A stretch of 64,000 nucleotides of DNA from Planctomycetota bacterium (GTDB lineage Bacteria; Planctomycetota; JAJSAM01; JAJVHW01), in contig CBDFJG010000003.1 in assembly GCA_965248445.1 (NCBI GenBank), forward strand, positions 832,001-896,000. Direction: 5' to 3'. Position 1 is the stretch's first letter, and each line of letters starts with the position of its first letter. This document shows, piece after piece, positions 49,174 through 58,828 of this stretch. Under the pieces are notes generated by a model. The model saw nothing but the letters and a program-made list of their open reading frames with translations. It made no database searches and was not told the DNA's origin. Position numbers and translations under genes: made by a program.

Positions 49174-49435
49174 CCCAGAAGATAGACGACCGAACCCGGG
49201 TCCGTCGTCCGGCGTACGCGAACCCGTCTTGATACTGAGACGTTCGAGTCGCTCGCGGATTGGGCTTCGCCACAGTTCGACTCACCCGGATACGCTGACT
49301 TCGCTCAGAAGTACAGCGCGCGCGTTGCCGGGACGGCATCTGGCTGGATTCACCCTCCACCATCCCCACCATCAGAGCAAGCGCGGCACGCGCTGGAGAC
49401 AACGACGATCTGTCCCACTGAAGGCGGGCAGCTAG

Positions 49436-51104
49436 CCCGAATCGTTCACCAGCCGGGAATCTGAGCGGGCCGTCGTCTGTCTAAGTGCTCGTACTCGCTA
49501 GTACTTGCACCGACAGGAGCGCCGGCCCGATGACGACAGACTGTAGCCCGCAGGGGACCCTCTTCGCGGGCATCTGTGGACGCACCGCGGTGACGCGCTT
49601 CGACGCCGGTACCGTGACGAGCGACGGGGGCGTGCTGCTGCTCGAGCGGACCGATCGTCGCATCGATCTGCTCTCGCGGTTTGCGCGCTGCTTCGGGGAC
49701 CACCGGGACCCGCGTCGGGTCGAGCACACGGTCGGCCAGATGCTGCGTCAGCGGGTCTTCGGGCTGTGCGCGGGCTACGAGGATCTGGTGGACCACGACC
49801 ATGTCGGCAAGGACCCGCTGTTTGCCGCGGCGTGCGGCAAGCGCGAGGGTGCTCTGGCCACGCACCCGACGCTCTCGCGGCTCGAGACCACGCAGCTCGG
49901 CGCCACGGCACAGACGCGCTACGCCAAGATCGAGATGGACCAGGAGCGCGTGGACAGCGTGCTCAGCGACGTCTTCTGCGAGGCCATGGGGCCGGAGGAT
50001 CCGGGCCTGCTCGTGCTGGACCTGGACCACTCCGACGTGCGGCTGCACGGCCGGCAGGAGGGCCGCTTCTTCCACGGCTACTACGGGCACTACTGCTACC
50101 TGCCGCTGTACGTCTTCTGCGGCGAGCACCTCTTGCTCGCTCGGCTCCAGACCGCTGACAGAGATCCCGCGCGCGGAGTCGTGGACGAGCTCCGTGCGCT
50201 GGTCTTACGTCTGCGGCGCCGCTGGCCCCGGGCCAAGGTGCTCGTGCGCGCAGACTCGGGCTTTTGCCGCGAGGAGCTGATGGCCTGGTGCGAGGCCGCC
50301 GGCCACTTCTACCTGCTGGGCATGGCGCGCAATGAGCGCCTTGAGCGACACGTCGAAGACGCGCTCGATGAGGCCGCAGCCCGTGCCGTGCAGACCGGCC
50401 GAGCAGCCCGGGTCTTTCGCGACTTTGCCTGGACCACGCTGGGGAGCTGGAGCCAGAGGCGTCGCGTGGTCGCCAAGGCCGAGCACCTGCCGGGCGGCAA
50501 GCGCAATCCCCGCTTCGTGGTGACCAATCTGCCGCCTCGTAGCTGGAGCAGCAAGCGTCTCTACGAGCAGCTCTACTGCGCCCGGGGCGAGGCGGAGAAT
50601 CGCATCAAGGAGCAGCAGCTCGAGCTCTTCGGCACCCGTCTGTCGGTGCACACGATGCAGGGCAACGCCGTGCGGATGGCCATGTCGGCCATGGCCTACG
50701 TCCTGACCTGTGCGCTGCGACGCATCGGTCTCGCCGGCACCGAGATGGCGCGTGCGCAAGCCGGCACGATCCGCCTGCGGCTGCTCAAGATCGGCGCGCT
50801 CGTGCGGATCACGACGCGCCGGATCTGGGTCTCGATGTCCTCGTCGTGGCCCTGGCAGCACGTCTTCGAGCGCTGCGCGCAACGACTGCTGGCATCCCCG
50901 AAGCCGACCTGACGTCCCGCCGCGCCGTCCGCCACACCACCGCCCGGCCTACGGTCTGCCCACACCGCAGAATCCGCGCCGTTTCGGCCGCTCACTCGCG
51001 TTGCCCTTGTGGCAACGACGACAGCATCCGCCCTCGCCTGGCCAAGATCTGACCCTGTGGACTCCGAAAGCACCGTCATCGCGACGTCTCGTGAACAGAT
51101 GCGG
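49436..51104 (+). mobile_element. IS1380-family element, copy 1, 1669 bp
   Basis: Ends CCCGAATCGTTCAC / GTGAACAGATGCGG; CTAG duplicated at 49432-49435 and 51105-51108. Confidence 0.92.
49530..50912 (+). CDS. IS1380-family DDE transposase
   Basis: TSDGGVLLL, GYED, LDLD...HGRQEGRFFHGYY..YCYLPL, VRADSGF, YCARGEAENRIKE; ACAGGAG RBS. Confidence 0.92.
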   Translation: MTTDCSPQGTLFAGICGRTAVTRFDAGTVTSDGGVLLLERTDRRIDLLSRFARCFGDHRDPRRVEHTVGQMLRQRVFGLCAGYEDLVDHDHVGKDPLFAAACGKREGALATHPTLSRLETTQLGATAQTRYAKIEMDQERVDSVLSDVFCEAMGPEDPGLLVLDLDHSDVRLHGRQEGRFFHGYYGHYCYLPLYVFCGEHLLLARLQTADRDPARGVVDELRALVLRLRRRWPRAKVLVRADSGFCREELMAWCEAAGHFYLLGMARNERLERHVEDALDEAAARAVQTGRAARVFRDFAWTTLGSWSQRRRVVAKAEHLPGGKRNPRFVVTNLPPRSWSSKRLYEQLYCARGEAENRIKEQQLELFGTRLSVHTMQGNAVRMAMSAMAYVLTCALRRIGLAGTEMARAQAGTIRLRLLKIGALVRITTRRIWVSMSSSWPWQHVFERCAQRLLASPKPT

Positions 51105-51258
51105 CTAGCGAGTGAGTGTGACTTGGACGTGCTTGACTGCCGTGTGGGTCCGTTGAGCCCGACAGACGGCAACCCCTTGCAGGGAGTCGACGGCACCGAC
51201 CGCGCCTTCGTGTCGATCCCCAGCAAGGAGACTCTTGGGCGGCCCTGGGGCAGAAGGT

Positions 51259-52533
51259 CTACTCGCGTTCTGTCTCCCGGGTCCACACGCGGACTCGCGC
51301 TTCGAAGTCGCCGGAGGCACCAACCGGCCGGACCGCTGTCCAAACGACGAGGCCGTTCGTGGATGCCTCGCCCCCGTCGACGGAGATCCGGGAGACTCGA
51401 GTGATTGATCCGAACGCCGGCCGCGCCTCCAGTCGCGTTTCTTCACTCTCGCCAGATCCAACCGTCACCTTCAAGGACCATGTCGAGAGGCTGCGCCCGT
51501 CCTCGACGATGACGTCGAAGTCTCGGATCACAATCGCTACGCGATCGTCGCCACTTCCAAACTCCAATGTGATGTCCGGGGTGCCCGACGACCTGACCAC
51601 GCGTGACGCACCGCCGGCCCAACCCTCGGGTGGGATCGAAAGTGCTAGCGCACCGGACTGCATTACCCGGTCGATGGCCCCGCTCGCCCCGTCCTTCGCA
51701 AGGTCACTCAGCGACATTCCGAAGTGTCCGAGCAGCTGATCTGCCTTGCCCCGCGTCGCCTGAGCAATGGCTTCACCGAGGCGACTCGCGCGGCCACGTA
51801 GAACGCCCGAAGCGGTACGCGGAACAGGTCGGCTGTTACCGGTTCGCTTGATCGCGTACTTCACGAGGTCGGTGCTCTCAAAGTCGTACAGATCCCGCTC
51901 GACCAGCCGAGCAGTCACTCGTGCATCGCGGTCCTTGAGGGCCTCGCGGGCAATACCAACTGCTGGCGCCTTGTCTGCACCGAACAACCACGCGACCTTT
52001 CCAAGTGTAGCTGCCACATATCGAACTTCCGCACGACGATCCCGGGAGAGTACGCGCGCGACCGACAGAACATCGGGCGCTTCGTGCAGCCCAAGCGCGG
52101 GAGCCGTAGCTGCTTCCCAGTCGAAGCGAACTGATGACGAGAGCGCGTACGGCACGAGATCCGGAACCCCGTCGATATGAGAGAACCTGCGACGCTCGAT
52201 GATGTACCGAAGTCCGCGTTGTTGTCGCTCCGTCAACCGATAGCGCGGGGCCTCGCTTGACCGAGCCTTCTCGTGACGAAGAAGGTAGTCGATCTCTGGC
52301 GTGGGCGTATCGGCCGCTCGGTCCGCGAGGCCCGACATCGCTGCGATCTCCAAAGCAACATCCCCGCTCGGCGCGCCGCTGAGTGTGACGGCAACGAGCT
52401 TGTGTAGCGCCTCGATCTCGGCATGTGAGCCGCCACCCTTCGGTTCGTGGCCGCTCGCTGTAGTCGCGGAAGCCACCGCGAGGAGGAGCCCAAGACTCCA
52501 TGGCCCGAATTTTGTCCGCTTCCGCTTCCACAA
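51259..52533 (-). CDS. Hypothetical exported protein with HEAT-like segments (start uncertain)
   Basis: Basic-hydrophobic leader LWKRKRTKFGPWSLGLLLAVASATTASG; LSRDRRAEVRYVAA and ALKDRDARV; visibly less GC-rich than the core genes. Confidence 0.55.
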   Translation of the reverse strand: MWKRKRTKFGPWSLGLLLAVASATTASGHEPKGGGSHAEIEALHKLVAVTLSGAPSGDVALEIAAMSGLADRAADTPTPEIDYLLRHEKARSSEAPRYRLTERQQRGLRYIIERRRFSHIDGVPDLVPYALSSSVRFDWEAATAPALGLHEAPDVLSVARVLSRDRRAEVRYVAATLGKVAWLFGADKAPAVGIAREALKDRDARVTARLVERDLYDFESTDLVKYAIKRTGNSRPVPRTASGVLRGRASRLGEAIAQATRGKADQLLGHFGMSLSDLAKDGASGAIDRVMQSGALALSIPPEGWAGGASRVVRSSGTPDITLEFGSGDDRVAIVIRDFDVIVEDGRSLSTWSLKVTVGSGESEETRLEARPAFGSITRVSRISVDGGEASTNGLVVWTAVRPVGASGDFEARVRVWTRETERE

Positions 52534-53310
52534 CGCCCGCGGACCCCGCCCCTGTGTGACTACGCGGCGCCTAGTTGTTCTCAATCGTAATCTCATTTGA
52601 AGCTCGGCCATTCACTCTCTTGCCCGCATGGACTCGATATGTGTTGTCACCAACGAGATAGTCGGCGTCCGTCACCGTCTGCGGAACTCCGACCGGTACA
52701 CCGGTCACTATCTGGTCAACGAGCGCCAGGCCAGTCGAGGACTCACGATAGATGTAAGCTTCGTCCGCATCCTCACCGCTGAGCTGAAATGTGATCGTGT
52801 TTGTTGAAGCGATCGGGTCATTGGTAACCGAGTTGATGACAACGTTGCCGTTGAACTCGAGCTCACTCTCAGGCACATAGGCAGCAACGGGACGCCAAGT
52901 GAGCACATCGGTGCCTTCCACCTCGCCTTGGGACCGTTGCCGCCACACATTCTCGTCTGTTGTCGTGTAGGACACCGTCGCCGTCGATTGAGAGGCTACG
53001 TTTCCAGACCAGCCGGTGGGCTGAGACGGCGTCGGGATCGATGGGAACGCATAGTCCAGAGACTCATCGCCCAAGTTCTCAAGAGAGTACGTGAACGTGA
53101 TGTCTGTCCCACTTGTGTATGAGACCTCGGAAGAGAACCGTGCCACCGCCTCAGGCACTTCCCACCACACAATATCGCCGTTTGCGTCCAAAACGGGGAC
53201 CAGGTTGCCTTGGCCGTCAAGGTCCATGTCGGGTCGCCCACGCCAATAGAAGTCCATTTCAAGGTCAAGTGCATTGTTCAGGATCTGTGTCGGTATGTCT
53301 CCGAGACTAA

Positions 53311-54979
53311 CCGCATCTGTTCACGAGACGTCGCGATGACGGTGCTTTCGGAGTCCACAGGGTCAGATCTTGGCCAGGCGAGGGCGGATGCTGTCGTCGT
53401 TGCCACAAGGGCAACGCGAGTGAGCGGCCGAAACGGCGCGGATTCTGCGGTGTGGGCAGACCGTAGGCCGGGCGGTGGTGTGGCGGACGGCGCGGCGGGA
53501 CGTCAGGTCGGCTTCGGGGATGCCAGCAGTCGTTGCGCGCAGCGCTCGAAGACGTGCTGCCAGGGCCACGACGAGGACATCGAGACCCAGATCCGGCGCG
53601 TCGTGATCCGCACGAGCGCGCCGATCTTGAGCAGCCGCAGGCGGATCGTGCCGGCTTGCGCACGCGCCATCTCGGTGCCGGCGAGACCGATGCGTCGCAG
53701 CGCACAGGTCAGGACGTAGGCCATGGCCGACATGGCCATCCGCACGGCGTTGCCCTGCATCGTGTGCACCGACAGACGGGTGCCGAAGAGCTCGAGCTGC
53801 TGCTCCTTGATGCGATTCTCCGCCTCGCCCCGGGCGCAGTAGAGCTGCTCGTAGAGACGCTTGCTGCTCCAGCTACGAGGCGGCAGATTGGTCACCACGA
53901 AGCGGGGATTGCGCTTGCCGCCCGGCAGGTGCTCGGCCTTGGCGACCACGCGACGCCTCTGGCTCCAGCTCCCCAGCGTGGTCCAGGCAAAGTCGCGAAA
54001 GACCCGGGCTGCTCGGCCGGTCTGCACGGCACGGGCTGCGGCCTCATCGAGCGCGTCTTCGACGTGTCGCTCAAGGCGCTCATTGCGCGCCATGCCCAGC
54101 AGGTAGAAGTGGCCGGCGGCCTCGCACCAGGCCATCAGCTCCTCGCGGCAAAAGCCCGAGTCTGCGCGCACGAGCACCTTGGCCCGGGGCCAGCGGCGCC
54201 GCAGACGTAAGACCAGCGCACGGAGCTCGTCCACGACTCCGCGCGCGGGATCTCTGTCAGCGGTCTGGAGCCGAGCGAGCAAGAGGTGCTCGCCGCAGAA
54301 GACGTACAGCGGCAGGTAGCAGTAGTGCCCGTAGTAGCCGTGGAAGAAGCGGCCCTCCTGCCGGCCGTGCAGCCGCACGTCGGAGTGGTCCAGGTCCAGC
54401 ACGAGCAGGCCCGGATCCTCCGGCCCCATGGCCTCGCAGAAGACGTCGCTGAGCACGCTGTCCACGCGCTCCTGGTCCATCTCGATCTTGGCGTAGCGCG
54501 TCTGTGCCGTGGCGCCGAGCTGCGTGGTCTCGAGCCGCGAGAGCGTCGGGTGCGTGGCCAGAGCACCCTCGCGCTTGCCGCACGCCGCGGCAAACAGCGG
54601 GTCCTTGCCGACATGGTCGTGGTCCACCAGATCCTCGTAGCCCGCGCACAGCCCGAAGACCCGCTGACGCAGCATCTGGCCGACCGTGTGCTCGACCCGA
54701 CGCGGGTCCCGGTGGTCCCCGAAGCAGCGCGCAAACCGCGAGAGCAGATCGATGCGACGATCGGTCCGCTCGAGCAGCAGCACGCCCCCGTCGCTCGTCA
54801 CGGTACCGGCGTCGAAGCGCGTCACCGCGGTGCGTCCACAGATGCCCGCGAAGAGGGTCCCCTGCGGGCTACAGTCTGTCGTCATCGGGCCGGCGCTCCT
54901 GTCGGTGCAAGTACTAGCGAGTACGAGCACTTAGACAGACGACGGCCCGCTCAGATTCCCGGCTGGTGAACGATTCGGG
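53311..54979 (-). mobile_element. IS1380-family element, copy 2, 1669 bp
   Basis: Same ends as copy 1, inverted; CTAA duplicated at 53307-53310 and 54980-54983. Confidence 0.92.
53503..54885 (-). CDS. IS1380-family DDE transposase
   Basis: Translation identical to copy 1. Confidence 0.92.
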   Translation of the reverse strand: MTTDCSPQGTLFAGICGRTAVTRFDAGTVTSDGGVLLLERTDRRIDLLSRFARCFGDHRDPRRVEHTVGQMLRQRVFGLCAGYEDLVDHDHVGKDPLFAAACGKREGALATHPTLSRLETTQLGATAQTRYAKIEMDQERVDSVLSDVFCEAMGPEDPGLLVLDLDHSDVRLHGRQEGRFFHGYYGHYCYLPLYVFCGEHLLLARLQTADRDPARGVVDELRALVLRLRRRWPRAKVLVRADSGFCREELMAWCEAAGHFYLLGMARNERLERHVEDALDEAAARAVQTGRAARVFRDFAWTTLGSWSQRRRVVAKAEHLPGGKRNPRFVVTNLPPRSWSSKRLYEQLYCARGEAENRIKEQQLELFGTRLSVHTMQGNAVRMAMSAMAYVLTCALRRIGLAGTEMARAQAGTIRLRLLKIGALVRITTRRIWVSMSSSWPWQHVFERCAQRLLASPKPT

Positions 54980-55352
54980 CTAACTGTCACGGCTGGCATC
55001 GGCGGCACGAACTCGATGTGCGCGGCTTCGTGCATGACCTCGGTAATCTGCGCCGTGTGGCACTGGGCGGAGAGGATCAGACCGATCGAGTCCTTGAGCT
55101 TAGGTGGGTCATCTTCCCAGTCTTGCACTACGGAAGCGAAGCGATCGAAGTGACCCTCTCCGGCGGCGGCTCCGGCGGCAGGGGCAGTTCGTGTCTTGAA
55201 CTCGCCTGATAGCGGGTTCAAGACGTGGACCGTCGTGACTTTTGAAATCGCGATGGGGAGCGTTCGACCAGACGGGGCGAGTCTTGGGTCACTCATGGCG
55301 CTCGCAGGCCCCGTGCCCATCACGGCGGCCCTGTCCGAGCAGGGTGCCGCTG

Positions 55353-55368
55353 GCTTCTCAGCTTCTCA
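55353..55368. repeat. Exact 8-bp tandem duplication GCTTCTCA x2
   Basis: Read directly from the sequence; it frameshifts the minus-strand gene. Confidence 0.85.
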
Positions 55369-55569
55369 TGGGTACCCTCGTGACGGGAGTAGAGATCAAC
55401 AAGGACCTCCCACTCTCCAGACGTCTTCGTCTCGCGATCAGTGTTCTCTTCCGCAAGTCCGTAGACAGTTGGCGCGAGCACGCCGAGGACCACCAATAGA
55501 CTCCGTGGATTGCACAGCTTCATCGTTACCTCCCGTGTAACACCGAGTGTATGGGACCCTTACTGAGCG

Positions 55570-56120
55570 TCAAGGCCGGCGTCCGGCAAGCGAGGGCGGC
55601 TCGACGGAGAGCGTATACGTGAGTCCGGAGAGCATGAGAACCGTGATCGTCCCGTCTGACACGCGCACGCTATCGATTGCAGAGTCCGCGACCGGATCGC
55701 GCCGAACCCGAGCGAACAGGGCAACCAGGCTGTTCGGGACGAAGCCATCGACTGGGTCAGCAGGCAACACGACCCTGAGATCAGAGACACCATTCAGCTT
55801 CGTGAGGTCGATGGCGATGAGCGCCATATCCAGTCCACCCGCGGTCGGCTCGCCGATGTGAGCGTTCGCGCCGGCGACGAGATAGTCACCATCGACCGCG
55901 ATCTGGTCGATCCAGCCGTTGTGCCAGATGGTCGCTACGCTTCGAAGCTCGTCACGGCGCTCGGCGCTGACGATCACGAGAGCGGACGGCGAGAACAGCG
56001 CCCGGACGGCGAACGCCAAGTAACGCTTGTCGTCTCGCACGAACGAGACGATCGATCCGGTGACAACCTCCTGAGCGGAGACCCGCGTCTTCCCGGTTCG
56101 ACTGTCGAGGTACGGCGTGT
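55570..56120 (-). pseudogene. 3' part of a hypothetical beta-rich protein, 5' end apparently lost
   Basis: Protein-like reading frame (RYLAFAV...IWHNGWIDQIAVDGDYLVAG). Its upstream extension is only the antisense of the resolvase fragment. Confidence 0.45.
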
Positions 56121-56380
56121 CGCTGCCCACTTCCACTGGGCGCCTCCTTGCCGGGATCTTGGCCAGTGTCGCTGTCTGGGAGTGCGACATCCTCCGCGAA
56201 CGCACTCGCGCCGGCCTCGCTGCCGCCAAGAAGCGTGGTTCGCGCGTCGGCACCGCTCCCTACGGCGCGCGCTGGACTGACCGCGGCCTGGCGCCCGTGT
56301 ACCCGAAGTCGCCGCTCTCCGCCGCGCGCGGGCGCTCCACGGGTTGCTTGGTCGATGGGTCGACGTTGCCGATCGCATGA
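56117..56380 (+). pseudogene. Serine recombinase (resolvase/invertase) C-terminal fragment
   Basis: TSTGRLLAGILASVAVWECDILRERTRAGLAAAKKRG...APYG. An in-frame stop at 56072 precedes it and the catalytic YxRVS region is absent. Confidence 0.75.
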
Positions 56381-56508
56381 CCGCCGACGGATACCGAACT
56401 CGGTCCGGTACGCCTTGGCTGCGCAACGCGCTCGCCAGGTGCACCAAGAACCTGCGCGTGCAGCCGTTCCTTGCAGAGGCTGTTTCCGCATGAGCACCAG
56501 CGAGGCGC

Positions 56509-56773
56509 GTCCGACGAACAACGCCGCCGAGCGCGCGGTCCGCAAAGCGGTGCTCTGGCGCAAGGGCTCCTTCGGAAGCCAGTCCGCTCGCGGACTCCGC
56601 TTCGCCGAGCGCGTGTTGACCGCCGCGGCCACGCTGCGACGCCGTGGCGACCAAGTCTTCGACTTCCTCGCCGACTCGGTCGCCGCGCACCTCACCGGCG
56701 CCGACCCGCCCGTCATGGTCCCGCTGCCCCTCGCACGCTGAGGCTCACACGCTGTCAAGGGGTGAACGGTTAC
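56509..56773 (+). mobile_element. 265-bp IS66 right-end fragment flanked by an 8-bp direct repeat
   Basis: Matches 46738-47002 of copy A; CGAGGCGC at 56501-56508 and 56774-56781. Confidence 0.88.
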
Positions 56774-57159
56774 CGAGGCGCTGTCGGTCGCCGGTGCCGG
56801 CACGCCTCATCTCACCCGTTCTGCCGGCGAGAGGGAGGATGAGATGACAACAACGATGGAGACTCCGCGTGCGGCGCGACCAGAGTGGAATCCGCGATGG
56901 CTCACCTGGGCGCGCGTCCATGAGGGGCTGACAGTCCCGCAGGTCGCCGAGCGTGCGAGTGTCGATGTAGCGGCCGTCAACGCGGCCGAGCGCACCGGAG
57001 ACGGCACGAGCGACGAGGAGACCGCGATCCGGCTCGCACTGGATCCAGAGAGCATCATCGAGACATTCCGAGACGAGTGGGGCAAACCGGCGAGCGAGGC
57101 CGCCCGTGCCCGACTCCGGGCGATCCTCTGTGTGAAGGGAATTGACCTGGCGGAACTAG

Positions 57160-58828
57160 CCGCATCTGTTCACGAGACGTCGCGATGACGGTGCTTTCGG
57201 AGTCCACAGGGTCAGATCTTGGCCAGGCGAGGGCGGATGCTGTCGTCGTTGCCACAAGGGCAACGCGAGTGAGCGGCCGAAACGGCGCGGATTCTGCGGT
57301 GTGGGCAGACCGTAGGCCGGGCGGTGGTGTGGCGGACGGCGCGGCGGGACGTCAGGTCGGCTTCGGGGATGCCAGCAGTCGTTGCGCGCAGCGCTCGAAG
57401 ACGTGCTGCCAGGGCCACGACGAGGACATCGAGACCCAGATCCGGCGCGTCGTGATCCGCACGAGCGCGCCGATCTTGAGCAGCCGCAGGCGGATCGTGC
57501 CGGCTTGCGCACGCGCCATCTCGGTGCCGGCGAGACCGATGCGTCGCAGCGCACAGGTCAGGACGTAGGCCATGGCCGACATGGCCATCCGCACGGCGTT
57601 GCCCTGCATCGTGTGCACCGACAGACGGGTGCCGAAGAGCTCGAGCTGCTGCTCCTTGATGCGATTCTCCGCCTCGCCCCGGGCGCAGTAGAGCTGCTCG
57701 TAGAGACGCTTGCTGCTCCAGCTACGAGGCGGCAGATTGGTCACCACGAAGCGGGGATTGCGCTTGCCGCCCGGCAGGTGCTCGGCCTTGGCGACCACGC
57801 GACGCCTCTGGCTCCAGCTCCCCAGCGTGGTCCAGGCAAAGTCGCGAAAGACCCGGGCTGCTCGGCCGGTCTGCACGGCACGGGCTGCGGCCTCATCGAG
57901 CGCGTCTTCGACGTGTCGCTCAAGGCGCTCATTGCGCGCCATGCCCAGCAGGTAGAAGTGGCCGGCGGCCTCGCACCAGGCCATCAGCTCCTCGCGGCAA
58001 AAGCCCGAGTCTGCGCGCACGAGCACCTTGGCCCGGGGCCAGCGGCGCCGCAGACGTAAGACCAGCGCACGGAGCTCGTCCACGACTCCGCGCGCGGGAT
58101 CTCTGTCAGCGGTCTGGAGCCGAGCGAGCAAGAGGTGCTCGCCGCAGAAGACGTACAGCGGCAGGTAGCAGTAGTGCCCGTAGTAGCCGTGGAAGAAGCG
58201 GCCCTCCTGCCGGCCGTGCAGCCGCACGTCGGAGTGGTCCAGGTCCAGCACGAGCAGGCCCGGATCCTCCGGCCCCATGGCCTCGCAGAAGACGTCGCTG
58301 AGCACGCTGTCCACGCGCTCCTGGTCCATCTCGATCTTGGCGTAGCGCGTCTGTGCCGTGGCGCCGAGCTGCGTGGTCTCGAGCCGCGAGAGCGTCGGGT
58401 GCGTGGCCAGAGCACCCTCGCGCTTGCCGCACGCCGCGGCAAACAGCGGGTCCTTGCCGACATGGTCGTGGTCCACCAGATCCTCGTAGCCCGCGCACAG
58501 CCCGAAGACCCGCTGACGCAGCATCTGGCCGACCGTGTGCTCGACCCGACGCGGGTCCCGGTGGTCCCCGAAGCAGCGCGCAAACCGCGAGAGCAGATCG
58601 ATGCGACGATCGACCCGCTCGAGCAGCAGCACGCCCCCGTCGCTCGTCACGGTACCGGCGTCGAAGCGCGTCACCGCGGTGCGTCCACAGATGCCCGCGA
58701 AGAGGGTCCCCTGCGGGCTACAGTCTGTCGTCATCGGGCCGGCGCTCCTGTCGGTGCAAGTACTAGCGAGTACGAGCACTTAGACAGACGACGGCCCGCT
58801 CAGATTCCCGGCTGGTGAACGATTCGGG
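57160..58828 (-). mobile_element. IS1380-family element, copy 3, 1669 bp
   Basis: Same ends; CTAG duplicated at 57156-57159 and 58829-58832. Confidence 0.92.
57352..58734 (-). CDS. IS1380-family DDE transposase
   Basis: One residue differs from copies 1 and 2 (ERVDRR vs ERTDRR). Confidence 0.92.
   Translation of the reverse strand: MTTDCSPQGTLFAGICGRTAVTRFDAGTVTSDGGVLLLERVDRRIDLLSRFARCFGDHRDPRRVEHTVGQMLRQRVFGLCAGYEDLVDHDHVGKDPLFAAACGKREGALATHPTLSRLETTQLGATAQTRYAKIEMDQERVDSVLSDVFCEAMGPEDPGLLVLDLDHSDVRLHGRQEGRFFHGYYGHYCYLPLYVFCGEHLLLARLQTADRDPARGVVDELRALVLRLRRRWPRAKVLVRADSGFCREELMAWCEAAGHFYLLGMARNERLERHVEDALDEAAARAVQTGRAARVFRDFAWTTLGSWSQRRRVVAKAEHLPGGKRNPRFVVTNLPPRSWSSKRLYEQLYCARGEAENRIKEQQLELFGTRLSVHTMQGNAVRMAMSAMAYVLTCALRRIGLAGTEMARAQAGTIRLRLLKIGALVRITTRRIWVSMSSSWPWQHVFERCAQRLLASPKPT

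Larger units (their letters stand above)
52571..55523 (-). pseudogene. Secreted beta-rich protein broken by IS1380 copy 2 and an 8-bp duplication (restores to 423 aa)
   Basis: GGGAGG RBS plus MKLCNPRSLLVVLGVLAPTVYG. Removing one GCTTCTCA copy and the IS plus one CTAA joins the ORFs at 55320-55523, 54931-55323 and 52571-53257 in one frame. Confidence 0.7.

Noticed and set aside
50999..51017. Hairpin CGTTGCC-CTTGT-GGCAACG in the IS1380 3' non-coding tail as an RNA gene
   Set aside because: A single short stem; its repetition only reflects IS copy number.
49436..54979. Composite transposon formed by inverted IS1380 copies 1 and 2
   Set aside because: Each copy has its own target duplication and copy 2 splits a gene that continues outside, so they inserted independently.
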